From Camelus dromedarius (Eukaryota), in the NCBI RefSeq assembly GCF_036321535.1, contig NC_087437.1, positions 89,716,001 through 89,780,000 on the forward strand: a stretch of DNA of 64,000 nucleotides, in the 5' to 3' direction. Below are positions 10,756 through 24,276 of this stretch, piece by piece. Positions within the stretch are counted from its first letter, which is position 1, and each line of letters starts with the position of its first letter. The position numbers and the translations under genes were made by a program. The notes under the pieces were generated by a model. The model did no database searches, was not told the origin of the DNA, and saw only the letters and a list, made by a program, of their open reading frames with translations.

Positions 10756-13578
10756 ACTGAGTAAAAGTATAAGGAATATGGTTTAGAGAACTGAAATATA
10801 TGAATATATACTCAAAACTTGAAAACATGTTCCCAAAAGCCAAGAAACTGACATAGCTAGTACATGGATTATTTATTGCATAAATTTCCTTGATAATTTA
10901 TTTTCCAAAACAGAAGAGTTGCCTGAGGAGATCCTCACTGGATTGAACATTTTAAGCAAATCTTACATCTACAGCATTTATCTTTTCAAGTTTGTAAATA
11001 CTTATGATGTCATTCTTCAATTCACTTTATCACAGCATTTTAAGTATGAAAGAATAACAGGAAATCTTGAAAAGTCCAAAGAGGGATGTAATATAACTCA
11101 GTGGATTCTCTGTGAGTGGCGTCTTTGTCTTGCTCATTGCAGCACCCTGAACCATCACTATCTGCATGGGAGGTGTTTGGTGAATGACTACTGAATAGAA
11201 ACTGAAAGCCAAACTGTCTACGGTAAGAGCAGAGTGAAAAAGAACTGAATTAGGAAGTCCTCTTTGATACATCTCTAAGATCTCCCATAGGAGAAAAGCC
11301 AAAAAAAAAGGAGAAAAAAAAAAGTGCCCTGTTTAGATGCTGTTGAGCATAAAAGCCCTAGAAACATGCTACAAAATTTATTAACAAAGTGACCGATCTT
11401 TGAAAAATTATATGAAATACTGAATGAGTGATCTCTGAAGCTACTGTCATGTTATCTTACGGTTTCCAAATGAACACGAAAGGTAGCAGTTAATCAGAAA
11501 TAACCCATATTTTCCACATAGCAAGTCCCATGTATTTATAGTGAACTTCAATAAAGAATTGTCATATTGTCAGCTGAAGTGAATTCAATCTTTAAAAAAA
11601 AGGTGTTTTTCCTTTGAGAATACAGAATGTTACCTAAATTATCTTTTAAAAAACACATTTCATTAAAAAATAGATTTTAAACATTATCCCAGGAATAATT
11701 GAAGAAAACAAATGAGTATGTGTAATAAAGGGATGAAAGGTAATTGTTCACACATCACAGAGATGAAAATGAGCTAGTGGGTTAAGTGGGCTACTCTGAG
11801 GTCACAGTTCATCAGCCATTAGGTGCCTGTCCTCCACTGGTGAGGTGATTTAACAGTTCAAAACTCTGACCTCTGGAGAATTTAATTTTAGCTGCAAATA
11901 AGAAGTACTGACCAATGAATAAGAATCTATTAAATAGCACTTAACTCGGTGAAAATTATTTTCCCAACATACCGTTGGTTCTAAATGGTTCATCAATCAT
12001 ACAAATGTATATTTGGGATTCATACTGGGTAAAATAAAAATTCCTGATGATTACTTGGTGAATTTTAGACACATTTTACCCTTATTTCTAACAAATGTTA
12101 CTGGCATATTTAATAAATCGTGTATCAATTAGTTTTAAACCAAATTAACTTAATAACATTAATACTATTGAATTTATCTAACACTATTCATTTAAGAAAA
12201 TAATAGCAATTTGTGCATACTTGTACTAATAGTTTTCCCTCCTTAAATGTTGTGATATTTATAAAGGTGATCACATACTTCATACCAGAAATATTTTCAA
12301 CTATCTTTAATTTCCCGTAAGTAGTACTTTATGTCATATTTTAGGATGCTTAAATGATAAAAACATATTTCATGATGTAAACACATTTCAGAGACTATTA
12401 AAATGTAGCAGATAACATCTCCATTGTTTTTGCATTTCTTCCTAGTTAATCCATTTGATCTAAAACTTTCTGAAATCACGATTATATCTCTTTATATTTA
12501 TATTTATTTTTATAAGTATTTATATTTCACAGAAGGCTTTACGCATATCACAGTACATAGAGATGCCCATTAAAATTCACTGGATTAAGTTTAACATGTG
12601 GGTCATCAATCTTGCATATAATATTCTATAATTGTACATATTAACATCATTTTAGAAAATTCCATATAGTAAATGAGTATTATGTGCTGAATTATTTTAT
12701 TATAATTCACTATATTTTGTAGACAGGAACTAAAGGAAAGCCTACATGAGGATGATACAAGTAATTTCTAGTGTCATTTTGGCTACTTAAATTCTCAATG
12801 TTGAGCATACATTTCCAAGAGCATACCATCCTACACCAATAGGATTTAGCCAAAGCAATCACTGCATATATCTAAAAATTTTCTTAAACATATTATTTTC
12901 CAACCAGTAAGTTTCATTGAGTAAAGTAAGTTTAACATCACTAGTGTGATGGGTTTTCAAGAAAGACAGATATGTCAGCCTTCATTCTCCGTGTTCTCAG
13001 CTTGTGTCCACAATCCAGGTGTCCCCACTTGATATCTATAGGGAGTTTAGCTATAGCAGTGCAGAAGCCAGGTTCTGCCTAGGGGAAAGATATATATAAG
13101 AATGCTGCACGTGGCCTTTGATTCAATATCAAGTTTTATTCTGTTGCTTGCTGACTAATAATGTATTCCTCCCCATGGTTGTGACTTTGGTGTTTCAAGG
13201 TTGCCCAGACCAGCACTCTTATTTGTTTCTCGACTTCTGTAACAGGCCTGCTCTCTGTACCCTATCCACTATGCTAACCTTAGACCTGTGCTAACTACTC
13301 TGTTTTGCCCCTTCTGATCATTCTAGAACTGATCACTAACCAAATTGATTCATGCCATCTGCCAGCTCTCTGTTTCAGCTCAAAAATATACTATCCCCAA
13401 GGGTAAAAACTAGGATGAGGAATTAAAGCTTCAGTGAGGTCAACTTTGTCTTTGTGTATCAGAATATATATATATATTTGCTAATTAAATCTGTTTCCTA
13501 ATAAACCAGAAAGGAAAAACAAGTCAAATAGCTCTAATATAGTTTTAAATGCGTCACAGATTCCAGGCTCTTTTCATT

Positions 13579-13693
13579 TTCATAATACACCTATATCCCT
13601 ACCCAATTATCTCTTTTGTAAGATAACATTTAAATTGTCGCATCACATAAAGCCCTAAAGACCAGAAACATGCTTACTTTTCTAGTCTATTTC
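13579..13693 (+). repeat. Copy 1 of a ~115-bp local direct duplication (partner 14534-14646)
   Basis: Manual alignment gives about 18 substitutions plus one 2-nt gap. Confidence 0.9.
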
Positions 13694-14533
13694 TTGACTC
13701 TTCTCAGACCTTGCAGTTGGTGTACTGACATGTATGACGTCAAAATATGCCTCTAGATATTATACAAGAGGAAGGTTAAGATGAAAATCTAGCCATTCTT
13801 CTTACTATACAAGTGTTAATATATGTTAATTCATTAATATCTCAAGTATTTTGTTAATAGCATAATCATATACTGATTATAATTAGTATATGTTATTTAT
13901 GATACTATTATGGACCGCCAGAAATAAAGGAGTTAACACATACAGACAGAATAAAATATCAAGCTAGTGAATTCTTTTGTGTTTTGTTCTTTTACAGTCA
14001 TACAACATAAAACAATCTAAATCAATCTTCTGGAAAATTGGTAAAAACAACCATTGCTCCAGAGCTGATATTTGGTCTACCAAGTTTCAGCTGGGACTGA
14101 ATTTTTACTGAAACCATATTAAATGGAGTTTTAGAATAGAAATGTGAACAAAACCCAAGCAATAAATCTGGAAACTGTGTCACTATTTGAAGGAAGTTTT
14201 TTCAGTGGTAGAATTCAATTTTTAAATCCCAGAGTTTCTTATTTCAAATGTATAAAAACAAAAAGTCACTACTCTCACTCCTCTACTTGTAATCTGTTAT
14301 TATGAAACATTTAAAAAACCAAAATGTTACCATACCTAACATGTACTAAAAATTAGTAAGCCTGGGTATGGAAAATGTATTTCCATACTTGAGGAAGGGA
14401 TATAAACTCCATGGTATTTCTACTTTCCACCTTCTCATCTTTGCTAAGTCTTGTCCCTCAGAGTTTCCTCCTCATGGAAACCCCTCCACTTTTCCACTCT
14501 TTTAAATTCCTAAAGCTCTGCACACAGACAACA

Positions 14534-14646
14534 TTCATAATGCATCTGTATCCCTGCCCAATTATCTCTCTTGTAAGGTAACATTTAAACTCTCACATTA
14601 TATAAGGCCCTAATGAACAGAAACGTTTACTTTTCTGATCTATTTC
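14534..14646 (+). repeat. Copy 2 of the ~115-bp local direct duplication
   Basis: ttcataatgcatctgtatccctgcccaattatctctcttgtaaggtaacatttaaa versus ttcataatacacctatatccctacccaattatctcttttgtaagataacatttaaa in copy 1. Confidence 0.9.
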
Positions 14647-15689
14647 CCCATCCCTCTTCAAAATGCCTAATAATTTAAAAATGCATGAACATTTGTTCAA
14701 ATATAGAACGTAATCCATGCCTCTTTATGTAAAAACATATATTCCCTGCATGTCTCCAGGTCATACTTATCATTCAAACTAATTAACATATTGCTTTGTT
14801 GATAAATTCTTCCATGCTGTCCACCTCAAACTACATTCACTCCTTCCTTTAGGCTTTCGGGGCAAGAAAGTACATGAAGCTCAATAACAATTTGTTGAGT
14901 TAATGAGAGATTAAAAGCGAACATTATGTGGTCCATTACTTATATGCTGATAGGTACCTTTTATCTTATTATATGGTAATCTCCTGGAGCATCCAGCCAC
15001 GGATGAGACTGCTACCTACTGCCCACAGCCATGAGCACAGTGCTCTGAATATAATTCCCAGTCTCTCCATCAGGTGAGAGTGAATGAACAAGTGAAAGCT
15101 CACTGAATAAATAAAATGGCAGGTGCACCTGGTGAATCATCTCATACAATAAGTAAGGAGGGTATGCTCTAGAAAAAATGACAGTTTTACATGATAATGA
15201 CTTTGAACTTTTTATGTTCTAATAGATTCTTTGCACCTGATAATTTTCATTTTGTAAAATTTGACTTGAAAGGAGTTTCCAGCTATTGATTTTTAGTTTC
15301 TAAATCATTAGGCTAGTTTTTTTCTTACTTATATAGTACCAAAATATCATTAAGAGATCAAAATAAACCAAAAAAAGTTCATAATTCACACAAAACTCAT
15401 TTTTCTGACCCCATTCTAAATATCTTTCTCCATTTTGACATAAATTGAATTATGTAACTGAAACTTTAAACATCTAAGGCAGGTGAGTATCCCCCTACAC
15501 CATATAATAGCCCATGCCTGTAAAACTTCTAAACCTATGGATTCAGACAATGAAAATTTACTCCTGTTTAAGATAGTAAGTAGGCTTACCTTACTTTGAC
15601 TTTTACAATTTTATATGGCAAGAAGAACTTTGTAAAGCCAGGGCAAATGCACTTAAATTTTCTTTCGTATCTCTAGTTAACTGTCTAGG

Positions 15690-16020
15690 TATCATTACAC
15701 CCACTAATTTTACAGTAGAGTTGCATTTTAGTGGCTTAAAGTACAGGAAGTTTCTCTAACATGTCAGAGTAAAGGACTGCTCAAGGCCACTGATGGAGGC
15801 AATGTACACTACACAAGTATTAGTGACATTAGCTGTTATCTCCATCTTTTGACTGTGAAAACCTTCTGAGAGGAAGTGAGCCTAGGGAAGCATGGGTAGC
15901 AAATTTTCCTGGCAGAGGCCTGGAAACACGAATATCACTTGAGTTAACATTCCACGTCTGGGCACATGGCCGTACTTCAAGGGAGGCTAGCAAACACAGT
16001 CCAACTGTATGCACTGGAAG
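15690..16020 (-). mobile_element. Old MaLR LTR (MLT1J/K-like)
   Basis: Motifs ttagtggcttaaag, aggcctggaaacacgaatatcactt, acattccac and cacatggcc...caagggaggctagcaaacacagtc resemble the reverse strand of MLT1J/K. Confidence 0.6.
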
Positions 16021-17381
16021 GGGCGATATTAGTAAGCAGTTAGTATAGTTTCTGCCTTGCTACTGTAGGTTTATTTGTACCACTACATCTATATATGCTA
16101 ATGCTTCTATATTAAAATTGGTGTTGATACCCAGGAATGATAGAAAACAATAGATAATAGACTGTCTCTAGTCATAATTCCACTTAGTTACTAAATTATA
16201 AAAAAGAATTACCAATCTATTGTTTACAAACATGTTGTCCTTAACACCTCCTTGGATTCAGCAGAGAAGAAATATCTATAAAAGTAATGCTAATTATGTT
16301 CTATTGACTATGTCATCTAAGATATCAGCATGACCTTAGTTTTACAAAACGGGAGAGTTCTACAGATTCTTCATATAATGATGGGATCATCTAAAATCTC
16401 TAAAACTTGAGAATTCCATACAAACTTTTACTAAGATAACTACTGGGAAAGGAAAACACTGCTAACACACACACACACACACCCACACACACCCACTCAT
16501 ATACTATTAGTATATAGTAATTTCATCTCTCTGACAATCCATACAGTACATTTTGATAAAGAATAAAAGTAGTTCCAAGACTGTAAATCACATATGATAA
16601 ATATATAATTTAAATTTGGGGAGTATTTTCACTGGACGAGAGAACACTGAGAGTAGATGAAGTGGTTACTGACATGTGAATAGGAGATCATACTTATCCT
16701 GATCAAATCATTCAATTTGAGAAGCTAGTAAGAGGTCCATTTGGATTTGATACAGAGACTGTCTTTCTATTTATTGAGCTCTTCACAATTGTAATTAGGA
16801 AACTCATGAGATAGTGGGCTCTGTCAAAAATGTTGTTTAATTAATGGCAACCTGGTCGCCTGCCAGGAATGTTTAAATGTCTTCCTCTCATTGCATGAAA
16901 ATATGTCCTAAATGACTTTTGAAGTCCCTTGCAATGGTTTTAGGAACCTACTTTTGAAATTTACACATTCAATTTATAAATTTGTTTAATCACAAATATG
17001 CCCAGATGCAATAATCAGGAATCACTAACTCAATGGCATATCATACTTGATGTATGCTTTTATCTATTAAAAAAAAACTCAGTAGATTTTGAACGTGTTT
17101 TCAAACAGTGAGTTACACTTTAATTTCATTAATAGTATTATTTATCCATATTTTAAAACCATCTAATATGAATTTACACTTTGTGCTCAATATATAGCTG
17201 AAATGTGACTGAATTTTAGGCTGAAAATGTTGTCATTTATAAGTTAATGATTCAACAAGAATTGCTGAGATAATTGAGTATATTTCAAAATTTCATCTTT
17301 AGAAAATTAGTATGCATATGCTCAAAATGGTTTGTCTTTCTCTTAGGTTTCAGTACTCCCATCAAACAAATGCAAAAGCAA

Positions 17382-17382
<1 letters not shown>

Positions 17383-17420
<38 letters not shown>
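17383..17420. repeat. (TG)19 microsatellite
   Basis: Perfect dinucleotide run, counted directly. Confidence 0.97.
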
Positions 17421-17421
<1 letters not shown>

Positions 17422-20400
17422 CTGTAATGCATAAAATATTTTACATCAGATGATTACTTTTCCTTAATATCATCTTGCTGGGATAAAAATTAGAGGCATT
17501 ACATTCTTATTAATAGTATTATCTCTCTCTTCGAAAAATGGGTTAAGGATAAAAGAATATACCATTTGTCAGATATCATAAGAACATAACAGAAACTTTG
17601 CTCATGAAATTCACACCTAAAGTGCCAAAAGATTCACTTGATATACAAAGCATTTGGAAAAAAAAATCAAATACACCAGTACTAGTAGTAACCTATCAAA
17701 CATGTTCTGCAAATAACATAGCAAAGCCCGATTTTACTTCAGTCTTCAGAATGCTCTTCACTCCTCAAAGTTTAAATAATTGACAAACATACAACAGCAA
17801 CTATGATGTGTTACTAACACAAAATGCCCAAATGCGGCTATATATGCAACTACATTTTAGTTTGGTGAATAAAGACCATGTTTACTAGAAGCCTTACCCT
17901 AATACGAATACTACACAATTTGTAGTTAATGTATATTATATCTGTTCAATATCTAGTATGGGTAGTTTTATGAGGCATGATTGTTAATAGATAATAATCA
18001 TAATTTAATAACTATAAAAGTCTGATAAACATTTTCAAAGACTTATACAAACTTTTCTCCCCCATCTCCCACAAATAAAAGTTTGTGAATATTTTCTTGG
18101 CTTCTTCAAAACAGTATTTCTCTAGGTGTTTGTCACATTATTTCTTATTTTCCTTGGGTAAATATCTTTCGGCTTTTGATACAGTTCACAATTTGATACA
18201 GCTCACTATTTGCCTGCTTTCAGAGAACAAGAAAACGATGTGGTATTTGAACTAGTTTCTGTAAGCTTTCATTCTCTCCAACAACCTACAATATACCAGT
18301 CCCCTCAAAGACATATAAAACTAATTTTTTCACATCCCACCATAAAACCACCGTATGCAGCCATGTGGTATTATTCTCATAGAGCAGTTCTATCAAAGAG
18401 ACAAGCAGATTGTATGCCATGCTATTATGGAAATTTATACACAAAAGTTAGTTGAGAATGAAAAACATCTGCCTTCATTAGAGAAACCAGCCTTTGGTAT
18501 TTGTGATCTTTTACCTTTATAGGGGCCCATACCCTGTGAAAGCCTGGAACTGGATTTGTAAAATAGGAGGAGAAAATGACTCAAGAATACTTTGTGTATG
18601 TTTCTTAGGATCTCAAAGTCTCATCGCCTACAGTCTGAAGTTTGGTTTAAATTTTCACGGTTTTGCCTTCATTTTGTGGACAATATTAGGTGAAATAAAT
18701 TCCATAGTATAGAAACTTTCAAAATCTAGGCACCTGTTAATATATTTAAGAAAATCACTTTTATACTTTTGAAATTCAGGTAGAACCACAAAAGACATAA
18801 ATATAATACAGATTTCATTAATATTAGTCCACTGATTCCTATGAAACATGTTTAATATTTTTCATTGCCAATATGTATTTGTTACTGGATGTTTCACAAC
18901 TTGATCTTCTTTCTGATCAAATGGCCTCAATTTCTCCAGTTTTTACTATGTTTCCTCCTCTTGTGGGGAAAAGGTGTGTGTGAATCTTCCAGAAAGTAAA
19001 TACTGCCTCTAAAAATCAGCCCATTAATATTGATCATGAATATTGTTTTTAAAATATCTTCTTGTATAAATCAAACATTCTGTGGGAATGGAGTCAATCT
19101 CAGAGTAATAAAAATAAATCACAATTTACTGTGTAGAGCTGAAGAATGACATCCAACTTTCTAGGTTTAAAGCATTGAATTTTCTTATATTACATCATAG
19201 AGTTTGATTTCTTTTTCGTTCTCTAAATGAGTTTCTAAAAGTGCTACTCAATATTAAATTATACGCTAACATTTAAAAGTCTGGTAATGTGTTAAAATAT
19301 ATGGCACTGATATTTTGCTTATAAAACATTTTAGTGAAAGGTAGATAAATTTAAAAGATAAAAAACAAAATGCAACATATCTTAATATGTCACTACAACT
19401 AAAGTATAAAATACTAGAAAATTTTCATATGTATATATTATACAATATATACAGTTTTATATATATGTAGTTATATTGTATATATAAGCTCATACATTTT
19501 GTATAAATACATACACTGCTAGGGATATATGTTATATATATAAATAATCATATATATAAATAAATAAGGCAATTTAAAATAAAGGAGGAAAAAAATCCAT
19601 TGTACAACTGAAATGATTGAAGCTGAGAAGCCCAGGACACATGAGGAGTGACTGATGAAAGCTAATTTGATAAAAGGCTTTTTAGGAGTGAGTATGGAAA
19701 GGGACTGTTTTTTTTTTCCAGTAATTCACACAAGTAATATTCCAAAACTTACTGAAGAGAAAAAATATACATCAAATTAGACACATCATGTGAAATCTAC
19801 AATAAAAGAGGACGTTGTGCTTTATTGCATTAAATAGAATGGTTCAGCAGTAACCTTGAACTCCTACTTTGTAGCTGGGTTGAACTGAGATATACTGTAG
19901 AGGTGCCTTCTGAAGCCCGTGGAGAAAGCACAACCACACACTACTCTTGCTAATTCTCAGGAGGTAGATCCATAGTGTGACATGCACTGCTTCAAAGGCT
20001 CCAGTACTCCGTGACTCCCTGGCTTTCCAACCAAGCTCTGAGCTCTGGACTTCGGGCTTTGAGCTTGACTTGGCTTTGGAGACTGAGGTAGCCCAACAAC
20101 CAGCCTACTCTGTAGAAAAGATCCTGGCTCTCTCTTGGAGAGCTTTCACCGGGATAATGAGGACTGTATGAAAGGAAAGAGTATATAAAATCGCCTTCCG
20201 ATGAAAGGTGAACAAGAAAAACACGTGTTTTAGAAATAATCTGCTACAAAACTGTATTCCCTTTGTACATTTCACAAAACACTTAGAGCAGCCTTACTAT
20301 GTGAATACTTTCTGGGATTTCCCTACTGGACACACAAAAAAGGCCTTCAGTCACTAAATAACTGCTGCTTTCACATCAACCAGAATTATGTTCCCACTGA

Positions 20401-20879
20401 GCCCCAGAGATCTTATGTTCTAAATAAAAGAAATACCTCACCATCAAAATTAGAAGTGGCAGTGGTACATCACAGAGGTTCAAAATTCATAAGAAAAATG
20501 TAGGCAGAAGATGGAAACAGGGAGAGCTTTTGTAAATGCACCACGAGGATTGCAGCAGGACTGAGATCCCAGAAAAATTAGGACAGTTGAGATCCCATCT
20601 AAGATCAACAGAACCACCTTAGGCCGCCTTAAGCCTCCCTGATTGAGCAAACTACAAATTTGGACCTGTGCTAGGAGTTAACCTATTCATCTACCATCCA
20701 GTTGCAGAATAGGAAGGGAACTGAGAAGAATATTTGCATTTTGAATGCCACCACGAATTGATCTGAGTAGATCTCACCCTATTAAAAGAGGAATGAGGCT
20801 AAATGACTAGATTTCTAACCCCTCTCCCCCCAAAAAGTGCTCTCCATTTCATCTTTAAATCTAGGAGGTAGTTGACCAG

Positions 20880-21245
20880 AGTAAAGGTTGTCTCAACAAC
20901 CCCTTATTTTGGATTAAAGCAATGTGACTAGATTTAGTCAATGAAATATGGATGAAATAATATATTTCACTTCATTGCTGAAGCTTTTAAGAAGTTGGCA
21001 AAGCTTCTCTACCCTCTTTCCTTCCCTCTCTGGTTTTGAAGTGGAGGCTTCCAAAGCTCTAGACAATGAAAATGCCACAAAATTGAAGAACTGTGGTTCT
21101 TCCCTGTCCCTGAATCTCCTCAGGGTGAAAGGTCACAGATGCAAAAACCTTGTGCGTTGAGTACTACTTCAGAGAAAATTAAATTTGTATTGCCTTTAAC
21201 TCCTGAAATTTGTAAGTTTATTAATGAAACTTGCACTAATGTAAT
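20880..21245 (+). mobile_element. Old MaLR LTR (MLT1-like)
   Basis: atgtgactagatttagtcaatgaaatatg near the 5' part and agagaaaattaaatttgtattgcctttaactcctgaaatttg near the 3' end, typical of MLT1 LTRs. Confidence 0.6.
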
Positions 21246-23981
21246 TAATAAAAATAGGTTAAATAAAAAATAATATGGTTTCAATGAAAAATGCCATTGA
21301 TCAAAAGAAAGGGACATAATCCCAAAGAATTACTATAGGATTTGCTATAGAAACCAGAAAAAATATTAGATGAGTGTTTAGGAACCTCAGTAGGCTATAA
21401 GAAAATACAAACTCTTTTTAAAAAGGCAGAAACACATATAGGAAAAATAGTCTGAATATAATGAAAACAAGGTATAATAAAAAATGAAGATGAAGATAGA
21501 TTAAAAATACAAAAGAATTCAAGTCCAAAACAAAGGCAGCAGTCAAAGCCATATAAATGCAGTGAAAATGGAAACAATGATGTTAGATGGCCAACTTGAG
21601 ATCTCTCAGAAGGCAGGAGAAAAGGTAGTACAAGCAAGAAAAACTATACATGTAGTTTTTGTGTATGTGTGTGTGTGTGTGTATGTGTGTAAACACAGAG
21701 AGAAATTGCTGAGAAAATTTATACACTGACAACTGTATCTAAAGATGCATTAGTAGAATAATTTATGTGGCTAAAATTAACCTATATTTTTATTCTGCAA
21801 GTTATTAAGCCTCTGAAACAAAAGGATTAATTTCATCACCACTTTGAGAATGAGAGGTGATAAGCTGAAAATTTTATAACCAATTTATCTTTTAGATGAT
21901 ATTGCAGTAGAAAAAAATTGTTAGATATGCAAGATCTCAGAAAAAGATTATTTCCCTTTCTTAAGAAAATCATTTGAAAATGTTTTATTGCAGAAAGAAA
22001 AAAAAAATCAAGAGAACAGGCTGTTGATTATAGGAGAGTACAGACCTGGTCTCTCCATCCTAGTAAAAGTTATTTCAATTTTAACCAAGATTTATGCACT
22101 AAAATAGCCATCATAATATGATTTAGAATAATGAAAAAATATAACTAAATTTAATATGCAATATGAGGAAACAAACTTTTTAATGGAGTATGAGAAAGCC
22201 TTCATATTACAAATGAAGACCTTTAACAAAGGGAAATGATGTAAGCGTAATTGAAAAGAGAAGGATGCAAAATTCAGTGTTGAGTATGGTATTGACTTTA
22301 TGACAAAACAGAAAAAGTACCTAATGGAATGCTGGAATTTGGGATCATTTTTCCCCTGCTTCCTTGCAGTTTTCTGAATTTTCTCATTTCCATCAACTAC
22401 ATTACACCATATCTATTTTAAGAACATTAAAACATTAGAAAACATAGAATAAATAGCAAATTATATTTTTGGTACTTTATAAATGGTATTGAAATTGGTT
22501 ATTAAGTAATTATTGAGCCACTTCATTTATTAAGGCTTCTTTTTAACAATGAATGTAACATCAAATCTCATTGTAAAACGTGGATGTAAGAGAATGTCAA
22601 AGTAGCTGGTGTTTCCGAAAACAGAAAGAAAAAGAAAAAGAATGTTGTGATTACCATATTAATCATATCAAAGTCTTCTTATACTTTCTTCTTCACCACT
22701 TTCATTACTATTACAGCTCAGACATCCATTTTCTGAACAAACATACATTATTTAAAGAAATATCCCATTCTTCATAAAATAAACATAATTTAAAATTTTT
22801 AAAAAGTATTTCTTGTAGCACTAAACACTTTGGGGGTTTATGTTAAAAATTTTGGAGTCCTCTGTTTGATTTACATGTTACATAGACGTATAAAGTCATT
22901 ACAGTTTCATTGTAACATAGAATTTTGAGAAAAGAAAATCCACATACCGTATTTACTCTTTCATGGATTTAAGAAATATTTTCCTAGGAAAAATCACCTC
23001 TATATTCTGGAGGCTTTGGCAGCAGCATAAATGCTCTCATCTGTGGTAGAGGACATTATATTACAGGAAAATATTTCCATAATAAAATAATATATAATAA
23101 ATAGGCAGTTGGTGTGTTTGTTTATGAGGATTATGAGGAAAACAGCCTTGAAGACAAATAGAAGAATACACTAAAATGTGACAGACTTGAATGATGACAT
23201 AATACCCTCTCGTCTGTGATGGTGACACAGAACGGCAGAGGACACAAGACTGTCAGTCTTGTTGTTTATCTTCTATCTGAGCCTAATAAAAGGAGGAGGT
23301 GATTGACGGCACAAGACACAAACATCGTCTTAGACATACAGTTGTTACCCTTTATACATATATAAAAGTACTGTGTTGGTGGTTTTAAGGACACCTTGCT
23401 TTTCTAGTTTCCTAAGATGCTATCTTTGCCTAAAAAAAGGAAACTTACAGTTTGATTATATGAAACGTTATGCATTACCCTTCTTAGATATTACTCCTTC
23501 TTGATATTTCATTTGTGCTCAGGTTTGTGTGTGTGTGTGTGTATGTTTATATACACATGTCTGCGTTCAAGCAGGAAGAGAGTAGAAGAATGTTAGTGAA
23601 AAAAGGCACCAAGAAATAGAGACAAAATGAGAAAAATAACCACCCAAAAAGAGTGCCTCGGATGTGGATTCTTTTTTCTAATATACGTTTCTTCCAAATA
23701 CAAAATTAATTAAAACATTTGTTCAAAACACTGAATATGTATAGAGGAAGTTCCAAAGAAGTAGTAAGTGCCTGTACTGATTTTTAAGAGCTTGCAATTT
23801 GTTTGGAGGAGATGAAACGTACAGATATAAAATACGTAAAGTGATAATTGCAAAGCAATGTGAAAACAAGGGAATGATAATGCAGCAAAAAATTCTTAAA
23901 TCAGAGCTAGGGCTAGGAAGTAATTAAATAAGAATCTAATGATTTGAGAAAACCATTTTAGAAACTTTGTTATGTCATTTT

Positions 23982-24276
23982 ATTTTATTTTTTACCTTTT
24001 TTTTATTGAGTGATAGTCATTTTACAATGCTGTGTCAAATTCTAGTATAGAGCACAATTTTTCAGTTATACACGAACATATATATATATTTATTGTCACA
24101 TTTTTTTTTCTGCTATGAGCTACCACAAGATCTTGTATATATTTCCCTGTGCTATACAGTATAATCTTGTCCATTATTCTGCATTTTAAAATCCCAGTCT
24201 GTCTCTTCCCACCCCCCGCCCCCTTGGCAACCACAAGATTGTATACTATGCCTGTGAGTCTGTTTCTGTTTTGTAT
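23982..24276 (-). mobile_element. Young 5'-truncated L1 3' end (camelid-type) with perfect 12-bp TSD
   Basis: T-rich tail on the left, tttattg (AATAAA on minus) and tttccctgtgctatacagta. TSD ttatgtcatttt at 23970-23981 and 24277-24288. Confidence 0.9.

Noticed and set aside
13735..13742. Isolated perfect CRE palindrome TGACGTCA as a regulatory feature
   Set aside because: A single 8-mer in 64 kb is close to chance expectation; no independent support.
18175..18208. 17-bp two-copy tandem repeat (similar micro-duplications near 54290, 58325 and 63010)
   Set aside because: Ordinary slippage duplications; no array or spacer structure, so not CRISPR-like.
21250..22440. Possible very old L1/HAL1 ORF1 relic
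   Set aside because: A-rich and suggestive but too degenerate to call by eye.
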